This document shows, piece after piece, positions 15,001 through 28,579 of a DNA stretch of 64,000 nt. A program made the translations under genes and the position numbers. Within the stretch, counting starts at the first letter, position 1, and each line of letters opens with the position of its first letter. Below the pieces are notes generated by a model that did not search any database, had not been told where the DNA came from, and saw nothing but the letters and a program-made list of their open reading frames with translations. Origin of the DNA: Squalus acanthias (lineage: Eukaryota); the NCBI GenBank assembly GCA_030390025.1, contig CM059438.1, forward strand, positions 56,236,001-56,300,000, written 5' to 3'.

Positions 15001-16676
15001 TGTGAGCATTATACTGACACTGTGAGCATTATACTGACTCTGTGAGTATGATCCTGACTCTGTGAGCATTATACTGACTCTGTGAGCATTATACTGACTC
15101 TGTGAGCATTATACTGACTCTGTGAGCATTATACTGACACTGTGAGCATTATACTGACACTGTGAGCATTATACTGACTCTGTGAGCATTATACTGACTC
15201 TGTGAGCATTATACTGACACTGTGCGTATTATACTGACACTGTGAGAATGATACTGACTCTGTGAGCATCAACTGACCCTGTGAGCATTATACTGACTCT
15301 GTGAGCATTAACTGACTCTGTGAGAATGATACTGACACTTTGTGCATTATACTGACAATGTGAGCATTATACTGACATTGTGAGCATTATAATGACATTG
15401 TGAGAATGATACATACACTGTGAGCATTTTGCTGACACTGTGAGAATGATACTGACTCTGTGAGCATTATACTGACATTGTGAGCATTATACTGACTCTG
15501 TGAGCATCAACTGACTCTGTGAGCATTATACTGACATTGTGAGCATTATACTGACATTGTGAGCATTATACTGACACTGTGAGAATGATACTGACACTGT
15601 GAGAATGATACTGACACTGTGAGCATTATACTAACACAGTGAGAATGATACTGACTCTGTGAGCATTATACTGACTCTGTGAGCATTAACTGACTCTGTG
15701 AGAATGATACTGACTCTGTGAGCATTATATTGACATTGTGAGCATTATACTGACTCTGTGAGCATCAACTGACTCTGTGAGCATTATACTGACATTGTGA
15801 GCATTATACTGACATTGTGAGCATTATACTGACACTGTGAGAATGATACTGACACTGTGAGAATGATACTGACACTGTGAGCATTATACTGACACTGTGA
15901 GAATGATACTGACTCTGTGAGCATTAAATGACTCTGTGAGAATGATACTGACTCTGTGAGCATCAACTGACCCTGTGAGCATTATACTGACTCTGTGAGC
16001 ATTTTCTGACTCTGTGAGCATTAACTGACTCTGTGAGAATGATACTGACACTGTGAGCAATATACTGACACTGTGAGAATGATACTGACTCTGTGAGCAT
16101 TACACTGACACTGTGAGCATTATACTGACATTGTGAGCAATATACTGACACTGTGAGAATGATACTGACACTGTGAGAATGATACTGACTCTGTGAGCAT
16201 TAACTGACTCTGTGAGAATGATACTGGCACTGATCATAATACTGATTCTGTGAGCATTATACTGACTCTGTGAGCATTATACTGACACTGTGAGCATTAT
16301 ACTGACTCTGTGAGTATGATCCTGACTCTGTGAGCATTATACTGACTCTGTGAGCATTATACTGACTCTGTGAGCATTTTACTGACTCTGTGAGCATTAT
16401 ACTGACACTGTGAGCATTATACTGACACTGTGAACATTATACTGACACTGTGAGCATTATACTGACTCTGTGAACATTATACTGACTGTGTGAGCATTAT
16501 ACTGACAGACTGAGCATTATACTGACTCTGTGAGTATGATCCTGACTCTGTGAGCATTATACTGACACTGTGAGAATGATACTGACACTGTGAGAATTAT
16601 ACTGACACTGTGAGAATGATACTGACACTGTGAGCATTATACTGACACTGTGAGAATGATACTGACTCTGTGAGCA
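1..16676. repeat. Large direct duplication: ~1-7730 repeated at ~9027-16676 (offset 9026, then 8946 after an 80-bp indel)
   Basis: Rare markers recur at a fixed offset: TCTGTAAG 61/9087 (9026); GTGACC 4868/13814, ORFs 1086/10032 and 6838/15784 (all 8946). Monomers 361-440 are absent from the second copy. Confidence 0.93.
7720..9020. repeat. Copy of block ~4050-5350 (offset 3667)
   Basis: TCTGTGAGCGTTAAC at 4134/7801, GTGACC at 4868/8535 and GGCACTGATC at 5259/8926 are all 3667 apart. Confidence 0.9.
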
Positions 16677-19519
16677 TTCTACTGATTCTGTGAGTATTAT
16701 ACTGACTCTGTGAGAATGATACTGATTCTGTGAGCATTATACTGAGTCTGTGAGCATTATACCGACACTGTGAGCATTATACTGATTCTGTGAGCATTAT
16801 ACTGCCACTGTGAGCATTATACTGACTCTGTGAGCATTATACTGACACTGTGCGTATTATACTGACACTGTGAGAATGATACTGACTCTGTGAGCATCAA
16901 CTGACCCTGTGAGCATTATACTGACTCTGTGAGCATTAACTGACTCTGTGAGAATGATACTGACACTTTGTGCATTATACTGACAATGTGAGCATTATAC
17001 TGACATTGTGAGCATTATACTGACATTGTGAGAATGATACTGACACTGTGAGCATTTTGCTGACACTGTGAGAATGATACTGACTCTGTGAGCATTATAC
17101 TGACATTGTGAGCATTATACTGACTCTGTGAGCATCAACTGACTCTGTGAGCATTATACTGACATTGTGAGCATTATACTGACATTGTGAGCATTATACT
17201 GACACTGTGAGAATGATACTGACACTGTGAGAATGATACTGACACTGTCAGCATTATACTGACACTGTGAGAATGATACTGACTCTGTGAGCATTATACT
17301 GACTCTGTGAGAATGATACTGACTCTGTGAGCATTATACTGACACTGTGAGCATTATACTGACACTGTAAGCATTATACTGACTCTGTGAGAATGATACT
17401 GACTCTGTGAGCATTATACTGACACTGTGAGCATTATACTGAGTCTGTGAACATTATACTGACACTGTGAGCATTATACTGACACTGTGAGCATTATACT
17501 GACTCTGTGAGCATTATACTGACACTGTGAGCATTATACTGACTCTGTGAGCATTATACTGACTCTGTGAGCATCAACTGACCCTGTGAGCATTATACTG
17601 ACTCTGTGAGCATTAACTGACTCTGTGAGAATGATACTGACTCTGTGAGCATCATACTGACACTGTGAGCATTAACTGACTCTGTGAGAATGATACTGAC
17701 TCTGTGAGCATTATACTGACTCTGTTAGCATCAATTGACACTGTGAGTATTATACTGACCCTGTGAGCATTAACTGACTCTGTGAGAATGATACTGACTC
17801 TGTGAACATTATACTGACACTGTGAGCATTAACTGACTCTGTGAGAATGATACTGACTCTGTGAGCATCAACTGACTCTGTGAGAATGATACTGACACTG
17901 ATCATAATACTGATTCTGTGAGCATTATACTGACTCTGTGAGCATTATACTGACTTTGTGAGAATGATACTGAATCTGTGAGAATGATATTGACACTGTG
18001 AGCATTATACTGACACTGTGAGCATTATACTGACTCTGTGAGCATTATACTGACACTGTGAGCATTATACTGACAATGTGAGCATTATACTGACTCTGTG
18101 AGAATGATACTGACTCTGTGAGCATTATACTGACACTGTGAGCATTATACTGACTCTGTGAGAATGATACTGACTCTGTGAGAATGATACTGACTCTGTG
18201 AACATTATACTGACTCTGTGAGAATGATACTGACTCTGTGAGAATGATACTGACACTTTGCGTATTATACTGACACTGTGAGAATGATACTGACTCTGTG
18301 AGCATCAACTGACCCTGTGAGCATTATACTGACTCTGTGAGCATTAACTGACTCTGTGAGAATGATACTGACACTTTGTGCATTATACTGACAATGTGAG
18401 CATTATACTGACATTGTGAGCATTATACTGACATTGTGAGAATGATACTGACACTGTGAGCATTTTGCTGACACTGTGAGAATGATACTGACTCTGTGAG
18501 CATTATACTGACATTGTGAGCATTATACTGACTCTGTGAGCATCAACTGACTCTGTGAGCATTATACTGACATTGTGAGCATTATACTGACATTGTGAGC
18601 ATTATACTGACACTGTGAGAATGATACTGACACTGTGAGAATGATACTGACACTGTGAGCATTATACTGACACTGTGAGAATGATACTGACTCTGTGAGC
18701 ATTATACTGACTCTGTGAGAATGATACTGACTCTGTGAGCATTATACTGACACTGTGAGCATTATACTGACACTGTAAGCATTATACTGACTCTGTGAGA
18801 ATGATACTGACTCTGTGAGCATTATACTGACTCTGTGAGCATCAACTGACCCTGTGAGCATTATACTGACTCTGTGAGCATTAACTGACTCTGTGAGAAT
18901 GATACTGACTCTGTGAGCATTATACTGACACTGTGAGCATTAACTGACTCTGTGAGAATGATACTGACTCTGTGAGCATTATACTGACTCTGTGAGCATC
19001 AACTGACACTGTGAGCATTATACTGATCCTGTGAGCATTAACTGACTCTGTGAGAATGATACTGACTCTGTGAGCATTATACTGACACTGTGAGCATTAA
19101 CTGACTCTGTGAGAATGATACTGACTCTGTGAGCATGAACTGACTCTGTGAGAATGATACTGACACTGATCATAATACTGATTCTGTGAGCATTATACTG
19201 ACTCTGTGAGCATTATACTGACTTTGTGAGAATGATACTGAATCTGTGAGAATGATACTGACACTGTGAGCATTATACTGACACTGTGAGCCTTATACTG
19301 ACTCTGTGAGCATTATACTGACACTGTGAGCATTATACTGACAATGTGAGCATTATACTGACTCTGTGAGAATGATACTGACTCTGTGAACATTATACTG
19401 ACTCTGTGAGAATGATACTGATTCTGTGAGAATGATACTGACACTGTGAGCAATATACTGACACTGTGAGAATGATACTGACTCTGTGAGAATGATACTG
19501 ACTCTGTGAACATTATACT

Positions 19520-22500
19520 GACTCTGTGAGAATGATACTGATTCTGTGAGCATTATACTGACTCTGGGAGCATTATACTGACTCTGTGAGCATTATACTG
19601 ACTCTGTGAGCATTATACTGACACTGTGAGCATTATACTGACACTGTGAGAATTATACAGACTCTGTGAGAATGATACTGACTCTGTGAGCATTATACTG
19701 ACCCTGTGAGAATGATACTGACTCTGTGAGCATTATACTGACTGTGTGCATTATACTGACACTGTGAGCATTATACTGACACTGTGAGAATTATACTGAC
19801 ACTGTGAGAATGATACTGACACTGTGAGCATTATACTGACACTGTGAGAATGATACTGACTCTGTGAGCCTTCTACTGACTCTGTGAGTATTATACTGAC
19901 ACTGTGAGAATGATACTGACTCTGTGAGCATTATACTGACTCTGTGAGAATGATACTGATTCTGTGAGCATTATACTGACTCTGTGAGCATTATACTGAC
20001 TCTGTGAGCATTATACTGACTCTGTGAGCGTTAACTGACTCTGTGAGAATGATACTGATACTGTGAGCATTATACTGAGTCTGTGAGCATTATACTGACA
20101 CTGTGAGCATTATACTGATTCTGTGAGCATTATACTGACTCTGTGAGCATTAACTGACTCTGTGAGAATGATACTGACACTGTGAGCATTATACTGACAC
20201 TGTGAGCAATATACTGACACTGTGAGTATGATACTGACTCTGTGAGCATTATACTGACTCTGTGAGCATTATACTGACACTGTGAGCATTATACTGACAC
20301 TGTGAGTATTATACTGACTCTGTGAGAATGATACTGATTCTGTGAGCATTATACTGACTCTGTGAGCATTATACTGACTCTGTGAGCATTATACTGACTC
20401 TGTGAGCGTTAACTGAATCTGTGAGAATGATACTGACACTGTGAGCATTATACTGAGTCTGTGAGCATTATACTGACACTGTGAGCATTATACTGATTCT
20501 GTGAGCATTATACTGACTCTGTGAGCATTATACTGACTGTGAGCATTATGCTGACTCTGTGAGCATTATACTGACTCCGTGAGAATGATACTGACTCTGT
20601 GAGCATTATACTGACTGTGAGCATTATACGGACACTGTGAGCATTATACTGACACTGTGAGCATTATACAGACTCTGTGAGAATGATACTGACTCTGTGA
20701 GCATTATACTGAACCTGTGAGAATGATACTGACTCTGTGAGCATTATACTGACTGTGACCATTATACGGACACTGTGAGGATTATACTGGCACTGTGAGC
20801 ATTATACAGACTCTGTGAGAATGATACTGACTCTGTGAGCATTATACTGACCCTGTGAGAATGATACTGACTCTGTGAGCATTATACTGACTGTGAGCAT
20901 TATACGGACACTGTGAGCATTATACTGACACTGTGAGCATTATACAGATTCTGTGAGAATGATACTGACTCTGTGAGCATTATACTGACACTGTGAGCAT
21001 TATACTGACATTGTGAGCAATATACTGACACTGTGAGAATGATACTGACACTGTGAGAATGATACTGACTCTGTGAGCATTAACTGACTCTGTGAGAATG
21101 ATACTGGCACTGATCATAATACTGATTCTGTGAGCATTATACTGACTCTGTGAGCATTATACTGACACTGTGAGCATTATACTGACTCTGTGAGTATGAT
21201 CCTGACTCTGTGAGCATTATACTGACTCTGTGAGCATTATACTGACTCTGTGAGCATTATACTGACTCTGTGAGCATTATACTGACACTGTGAGCATTAT
21301 ACTGACACTGTGAAAATTATACTGACACTGTGAGCATTATACTGACTCTGTGAACATTATACTGACTCTGTGAGCATTATACTGACAGTGTGAGCATTAT
21401 ACTGACTCTGTGAGTATGATCCTGACTCTGTGAGCATTATACTGACACTGTGAAAATGATACTGACACTGTGAGAATTATACTGACACTGTGAGAATGAT
21501 ACTGACACTGTGAGCATTTTCTGACACTGTGAGAATGATACTGACTCTGTGAGCATTAAATGACTCTGTGAGAATGATACTGACTCTGTGAGCATCAACT
21601 GACCCTGTGAGCATTATACTGACTCTGTGAGCATTATACTGACTCTGTGAGCATTAACTGACTCTGTGAGAATGATACTGACACTGTGAGCAATATACTG
21701 ACACTGTGAGAATGATACTGACTCTGTGAGCATTATACTGACACTGTGAGCATTATACTGACATTGTGAGCAATATACTGACACTGTGAGAATGATACTG
21801 ACACTGTGAGAATGATACTGACTCTGTGAGCATTAACTGACTCTGTGAGAATGATACTGGCACTGATCATAATACTGATTCTGTGAGCATTATACTGACT
21901 CTGTGAGCATTATACTGACACTGTGAGCATTATACTGACTCTGTGAGTATGATCCTGACTCTGTGAGCATTATACTGACTCTGTGAGCATTATACTGACT
22001 CTGTGAGCATTATACTGACTCTGTGAGCATTATACTGACACTGTGAGCATTATACTGACACTGTGAGCATTATACTGACTCTGTGAGCATTATACTGACT
22101 CTGTGAGCATTATACTGACACTGTGCGTATTATACTGACACTGTGAGAATGATACTGACTCTGTGAGCATCAACTGACCCTGTGAGCATTATACTGACTC
22201 TGTGAGCATTAACTGACTCTGTGAGAATGATACTGACACTTTGTGCATTATACTGACAATGTGAGCATTATACTGACATTGTGAGCATTATAATGACATT
22301 GTGAGAATGATACATACACTGTGAGCATTTTGCTGACACTGTGAGAATGATACTGACTCTGTGAGCATTATACTGACATTGTGAGCATTATACTGACTCT
22401 GTGAGCATCAACTGACTCTGTGAGCATTATACTGACATTGTGAGCATTATACTGACATTGTGAGCATTATACTGACACTGTGAGAATGATACTGACACTG

Positions 22501-22690
22501 TGAGAATGATACTGACACTGTGAGCATTATACTAACACAGTGAGAATGATACTGACTCTGTGAGCATTATACTGACCCTGTGAGCATTAACTGACTCTGT
22601 GAGAATGATACTGACTCTGTGAGCATTATATTGACATTGTGAGCATTATACTGACTCTGTGAGCATCAACTGACTCTGTGAGCATTATAC
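19520..22690. repeat. Copy of block ~12580-15790 (offset 6941, then 6901)
   Basis: CTGGGAGC 12623/19564 and GTGACC 13814/20755 (6941); CATTTTGCT 15425/22326 (6901). Confidence 0.88.
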
Positions 22691-22970
22691 TGAAATTGTG
22701 AGCATTATACTGACATTGTGAGCATTATACTGACACTGTGAGAATGATACTGACACTGTGAGAATGATACTGACACTGTGAGCATTATACTAACACAGTG
22801 AGAATGATACTGACTCTGTGAGCATTATACTGACCCTGTGAGCATTAACTGACTCTGTGAGAATGATACTGACTCTGTGAGCATTATATTGACATTGTGA
22901 GCATTATACTGACTCTGTGAGCATCAACTGACTCTGTGAGCATTATACTGAAATTGTGAGCATTATACTG
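22450..22970. repeat. Tandem duplication of a 258-bp (13-monomer) unit
   Basis: ACTAACACAGTG at 22531/22789 and TGAAATTGTG at 22691/22949. Confidence 0.88.
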
Positions 22971-25900
22971 ACTCTGTGAGCATTATACTGACTCTGTGAG
23001 CGTTAACTGACTCTGTGAGAATGATACTGATACTGTGAGCATTATACTGAGTCTGTGAGCATTATACTGACACTGTGAGCATTATACTGATTCTGTGAGC
23101 ATTATACTGACTCTGTGAGCATTAACTGACTCTGTGAGAATGATACTGACACTGTGAGCATTATACTGACACTGTGAGCAATATACTGACACTGTGAGTA
23201 TGATACTGACTCTGTGAGCATTATACTGACTCTGTGAGCATTATACTGACACTGTGAGCATTATACTGACACTGTGAGTATTATACTGACTCTGTGAGAA
23301 TGATACTGATTCTGTGAGCATTATACTGACTCTGTGAGCATTATACTGACTCTGTGAGCATTATACTGACTCTGTGAGCGTTAACTGAATCTGTGAGAAT
23401 GATACTGACACTGTGAGCATTATACTGAGTCTGTGAGCATTATACTGACACTGTGAGCATTATACTGATTCTGTGAGCATTATACTGACTCTGTGAGCAT
23501 TATACTGACTGTGAGCATTATGCTGACTCTGTGAGCATTATACTGACTCCGTGAGAATGATACTGACTCTGTGAGCATTATACTGACTGTGAGCATTATA
23601 CGGACACTGTGAGCATTATACTGACACTGTGAGCATTATACAGACTCTGTGAGAATGATACTGACTCTGTGAGCATTATACTGAACCTGTGAGAATGATA
23701 CTGACTCTGTGAGCATTATACTGACTGTGACCATTATACGGACACTGTGAGGATTATACTGGCACTGTGAGCATTATACAGACTCTGTGAGAATGATACT
23801 GACTCTGTGAGCATTATACTGACCCTGTGAGAATGATACTGACTCTGTGAGCATTATACTGACTGTGAGCATTATACGGACACTGTGAGCATTATACTGA
23901 CACTGTGAGCATTATACAGATTCTGTGAGAATGATACTGACTCTGTGAGCAATATACTGACACTGTGAGAATGATACTGACTCTGTGAGCATTATACTGA
24001 CACTGTGAGCATTATACTGACATTGTGAGCAATATACTGACACTGTGAGAATGATACTGACACTGTGAGAATGATACTGACTCTGTGAGCATTAACTGAC
24101 TCTGTGAGAATGATACTGGCACTGATCATAATACTGATTCTGTGAGCATTATACTGACTCTGTGAGCATTATACTGACACTGTGAGCATTATACTGACTC
24201 TGTGAGTATGATCCTGACTCTGTGAGCATTATACTGACTCTGTGAGCATTATACTGACTCTGTGAGCATTATACTGACTCTGTGAGCATTATACTGACAC
24301 TGTGAGCATTATACTGACACTGTGAAAATTATACTGACACTGTGAGCATTATACTGACTCTGTGAACATTATACTGATTCTGTGAGCATTATACTGACAG
24401 TGTGAGCATTATACTGACTCTGTGAGTATGATCCTGACTCTGTGAGCATTATACTGACACTGTGAAAATGATACTGACACTGTGAGAATTATACTGACAC
24501 TGTGAGAATGATACTGACACTGTGAGCATTTTCTGACACTGTGAGAATGATACTGACTCTGTGAGCATTAAATGACTCTGTGAGAATGATACTGACTCTG
24601 TGAGCATCAACTGACCCTGTGAGCATTATACTGACTCTGTGAGCATTATACTGACTCTGTGAGCATTAACTGACTCTGTGAGAATGATACTGACACTGTG
24701 AGCAATATACTGACACTGTGAGAATGATACTGACTCTGTGAGCATTATACTGACACTGTGAGCATTATACTGACATTGTGAGCAATATACTGACACTGTG
24801 AGAATGATACTGACACTGTGAGAATGATACTGACTCTGTGAGCATTAACTGACTCTGTGAGAATGATACTGGCACTGATCATAATACTGATTCTGTGAGC
24901 ATTATACTGACTCTGTGAGCATTATACTGACACTGTGAGCATTATACTGACTCTGTGAGTATGATCCTGACTCTGTGAGCATTATACTGACTCTGTGAGC
25001 ATTATACTGACTCTGTGAGCATTATACTGACTCTGTGAGCATTATACTGACACTGTGAGCATTATACTGACACTGTGAGCATTATACTGACTCTGTGAGC
25101 ATTATACTGAGTCTGTGAGCATTATACTGACACTGTGCGTATTATACTGACACTGTGAGAATGATACTGACTCTGTGAGCATCAACTGACCCTGTGAGCA
25201 TTATACTGACTCTGTGAGCATTAACTGACTCTGTGAGAATGATACTGACACTTTGTGCATTATACTGACAATGTGAGCATTATACTGACATTGTGAGCAT
25301 TATAATGACATTGTGAGAATGATACATACACTGTGAGCATTTTGCTGACACTGTGAGAATGATACTGACTCTGTGAGCATTATACTGACATTGTGAGCAT
25401 TATACTGACTCTGTGAGCATCAACTGACTCTGTGAGCATTATACTGACATTGTGAGCATTATACTGACATTGTGAGCATTATACTGACACTGTGAGAATG
25501 ATACTGACACTGTGAGAATGATACTGACACTGTGAGCATTATACTAACACAGTGAGAATGATACTGACTCTGTGAGCATTATACTGACCCTGTGAGCATT
25601 AACTGACTCTGTGAGAATGATACTGACTCTGTGAGCATTATATTGACATTGTGAGCATTATACTGACTCTGTGAGCATCAACTGACTCTGTGAGCATTAT
25701 ACTGACATTGTGAGCATTATACTGACATTGTGAGCATTATACTGACACTGTGAGAATGATACTGACACTGTGAGAATGATACTGACACTGTGAGCATTAT
25801 ACTGACACTGTGAGAATGATACTGACTCTGTGAGCATTAAATGACTCTGTGAGAATGATACTGACTCTGTGAGCATCAACTGACCCTGTGAGCATTATAC

Positions 25901-28579
25901 TGACTCTGTGAGCATTTTCTGACTCTGTGAGCATTAACTGACTCTGTGAGAATGATACTGACACTGTGAGCAATATACTGACACTGTGAGAATGATACTG
26001 ACTCTGTGAGCATTATACTGACACTGTGAGCATTATACTGACATTGTGAGCAATATACTGACACTGTGAGAATGATACTGACACTGTGAGAATGATACTG
26101 ACTCTGTGAGCATTAACTGACTCTGTGAGAATGATACTGGCACTGATCATAATACTGATTCTGTGAGCATTATACTGACTCTGTGAGCATTATACTGACA
26201 CTGTGAGCATTATACTGACTCTGTGAGTATGATCCTGACTCTGTGAGCATTATACTGACTCTGTGAGCATTATACTGACTCTGTGAGCATTTTACTGACT
26301 CTGTGAGCATTATACTGACACTGTGAGCATTATACTGACACTGTGAACATTATACTGACACTGTGAGCATTATACTGACTCTGTGAACATTATACTAACT
26401 CTGTGAGCATTATACTGACAGACTGAGCATTATACTGACTCTGTGAGTATGATCCTGACTCTGTGAGCATTATACTGACACTGTGAGAATGATACTGACA
26501 CTGTGAGAATTATACTGACACTGTGAGAATGATACTGACACTGTGAGCATTATACTGACACTGTGAGAATGATACTGACTCTGTGAGCATTCTACTGATT
26601 CTGTGAGTATTATACTGACTCTGTGAGAATGATACTGATTCTGTGAGCATTATACTGAGTCTGTGAGCATTATACCGACACTGTGAGCATTATACTGATT
26701 CTGTGAGCATTATACTGCCACTGTAGGCATTATACTGACTCTGTGAGCATTATACTGACACTGTGCGTATTATACTGACACTGTGAGAATGATACTGACT
26801 CTGTGAGCATCAACTGACCCTGTGAGCATTATACTGACTCTGTGAGCATTAACTGACTCTGTGAGAATGATACTGACACTTTGTGCATTATACTGACAAT
26901 GTGAGCATTATACTGACATTGTGAGCATTATACTGACATTGTGAGCATTATACTGACATTGTGAGAATGATACTGACACTGTGAGCATTTTGCTGACACT
27001 GTGAGAATGATACTGACTCTGTGAGCATTATACTGACATTGTGAGCATTATACTGACTCTGTGAGCATCAACTGACTCTGTGAGCATTATACTGACATTG
27101 TGAGCATTATACTGACATTGTGAGCATTATACTGACACTGTGAGAATGATACTGACACTGTGAGAATGATACTGACACTGTCAGCATTATACTGACACTG
27201 TGAGAATGATACTGACTCTGTGAGCATTATACTGACTCTGTGAGAATGATACTGACTCTGTGAGCATTATACTGACACTGTGAGCATTATACTGACACTG
27301 TAAGCATTATACTGACTCTGTGAGAATGATACTGACTCTGTGAGCATTATACTGACACTGTGAGCATTATACTGACTCTGTGAGCATTATACTGACACTG
27401 TGAGCATTATACTGACACTGTGAGCATTATACTGACTCTGTGAGCATTATACTGACACTGTGAGCATTATACTGACTCTGTGAGCATTATACTGACTCTG
27501 TGAGCATCAACTGACCCTGTGAGCATTATACTGACTCTGTGAGCATTAACTGACTCTGTGAGAATGATACTGACTCTGTGAGCATCATACTGACACTGTG
27601 AGCATTAACTGACTCTGTGAGAATGATACTGACTCTGTGAGCATTATACTGACTCTGTTAGCATCAACTGACACTGTGAGTATTATACTGACCCTGTGAG
27701 CATTAACTGACTCTGTGAGAATGATACTGACTCTGTGAGCATTATACTGACACTGTGAGCATTAACTGACTCTGTGAGAATGATACTGACTCTGTGAGCA
27801 TGAACTGACTCTGTGAGAATGATACTGACACTGATCATAATACTGATTCTGTGAGCATTATACTGACTCTGTGAGCATTATACTGACTTTGTGAGAATGA
27901 TACTGAATCTGTGAGAATGATATTGACACTGTGAGCATTATACTGACACTGTGAGCCTTATACTGACTCTGTGAGCATTATACTGACACTGTGAGCATTA
28001 TACTGACAATGTGAGCATTATACTGACTCTGTGAGAATGATACTGACTCTGTGAGCATTATACTGACACTGTGAGCATTATACTGACTCTGTGAGAATGA
28101 TACTGATTCTGTGAGAATGATACTGACTCTGTGAACATTATACTGACTCTGTGAGAATGATACTGACTCTGTGAGAATGATACTGACACTTTGCGTATTA
28201 TACTGACACTGTGAGAATGATACTGACTCTGTGAGCATCAACTGACCCTGTGAGCATTATACTGACTCTGTGAGCATTAACTGACTCTGTGAGAATGATA
28301 CTGACACTTTGTGCATTATACTGACAATGTGAGCATTATACTGACATTGTGAGCATTATACTGACATTGTGAGAATGATACTGACACTGTGAGCATTTTG
28401 CTGACACTGTGAGAATGATACTGACTCTGTGAGCATCAACTGACTCTGTGAGCATTATACTGACATTGTGAGCATTATACTGACATTGTGAGCATTATAC
28501 TGACACTGTGAGAATGATACTGACACTGTGAGAATGATACTGACACTGTGAGCATTATACTGACACTGTGAGAATGATA

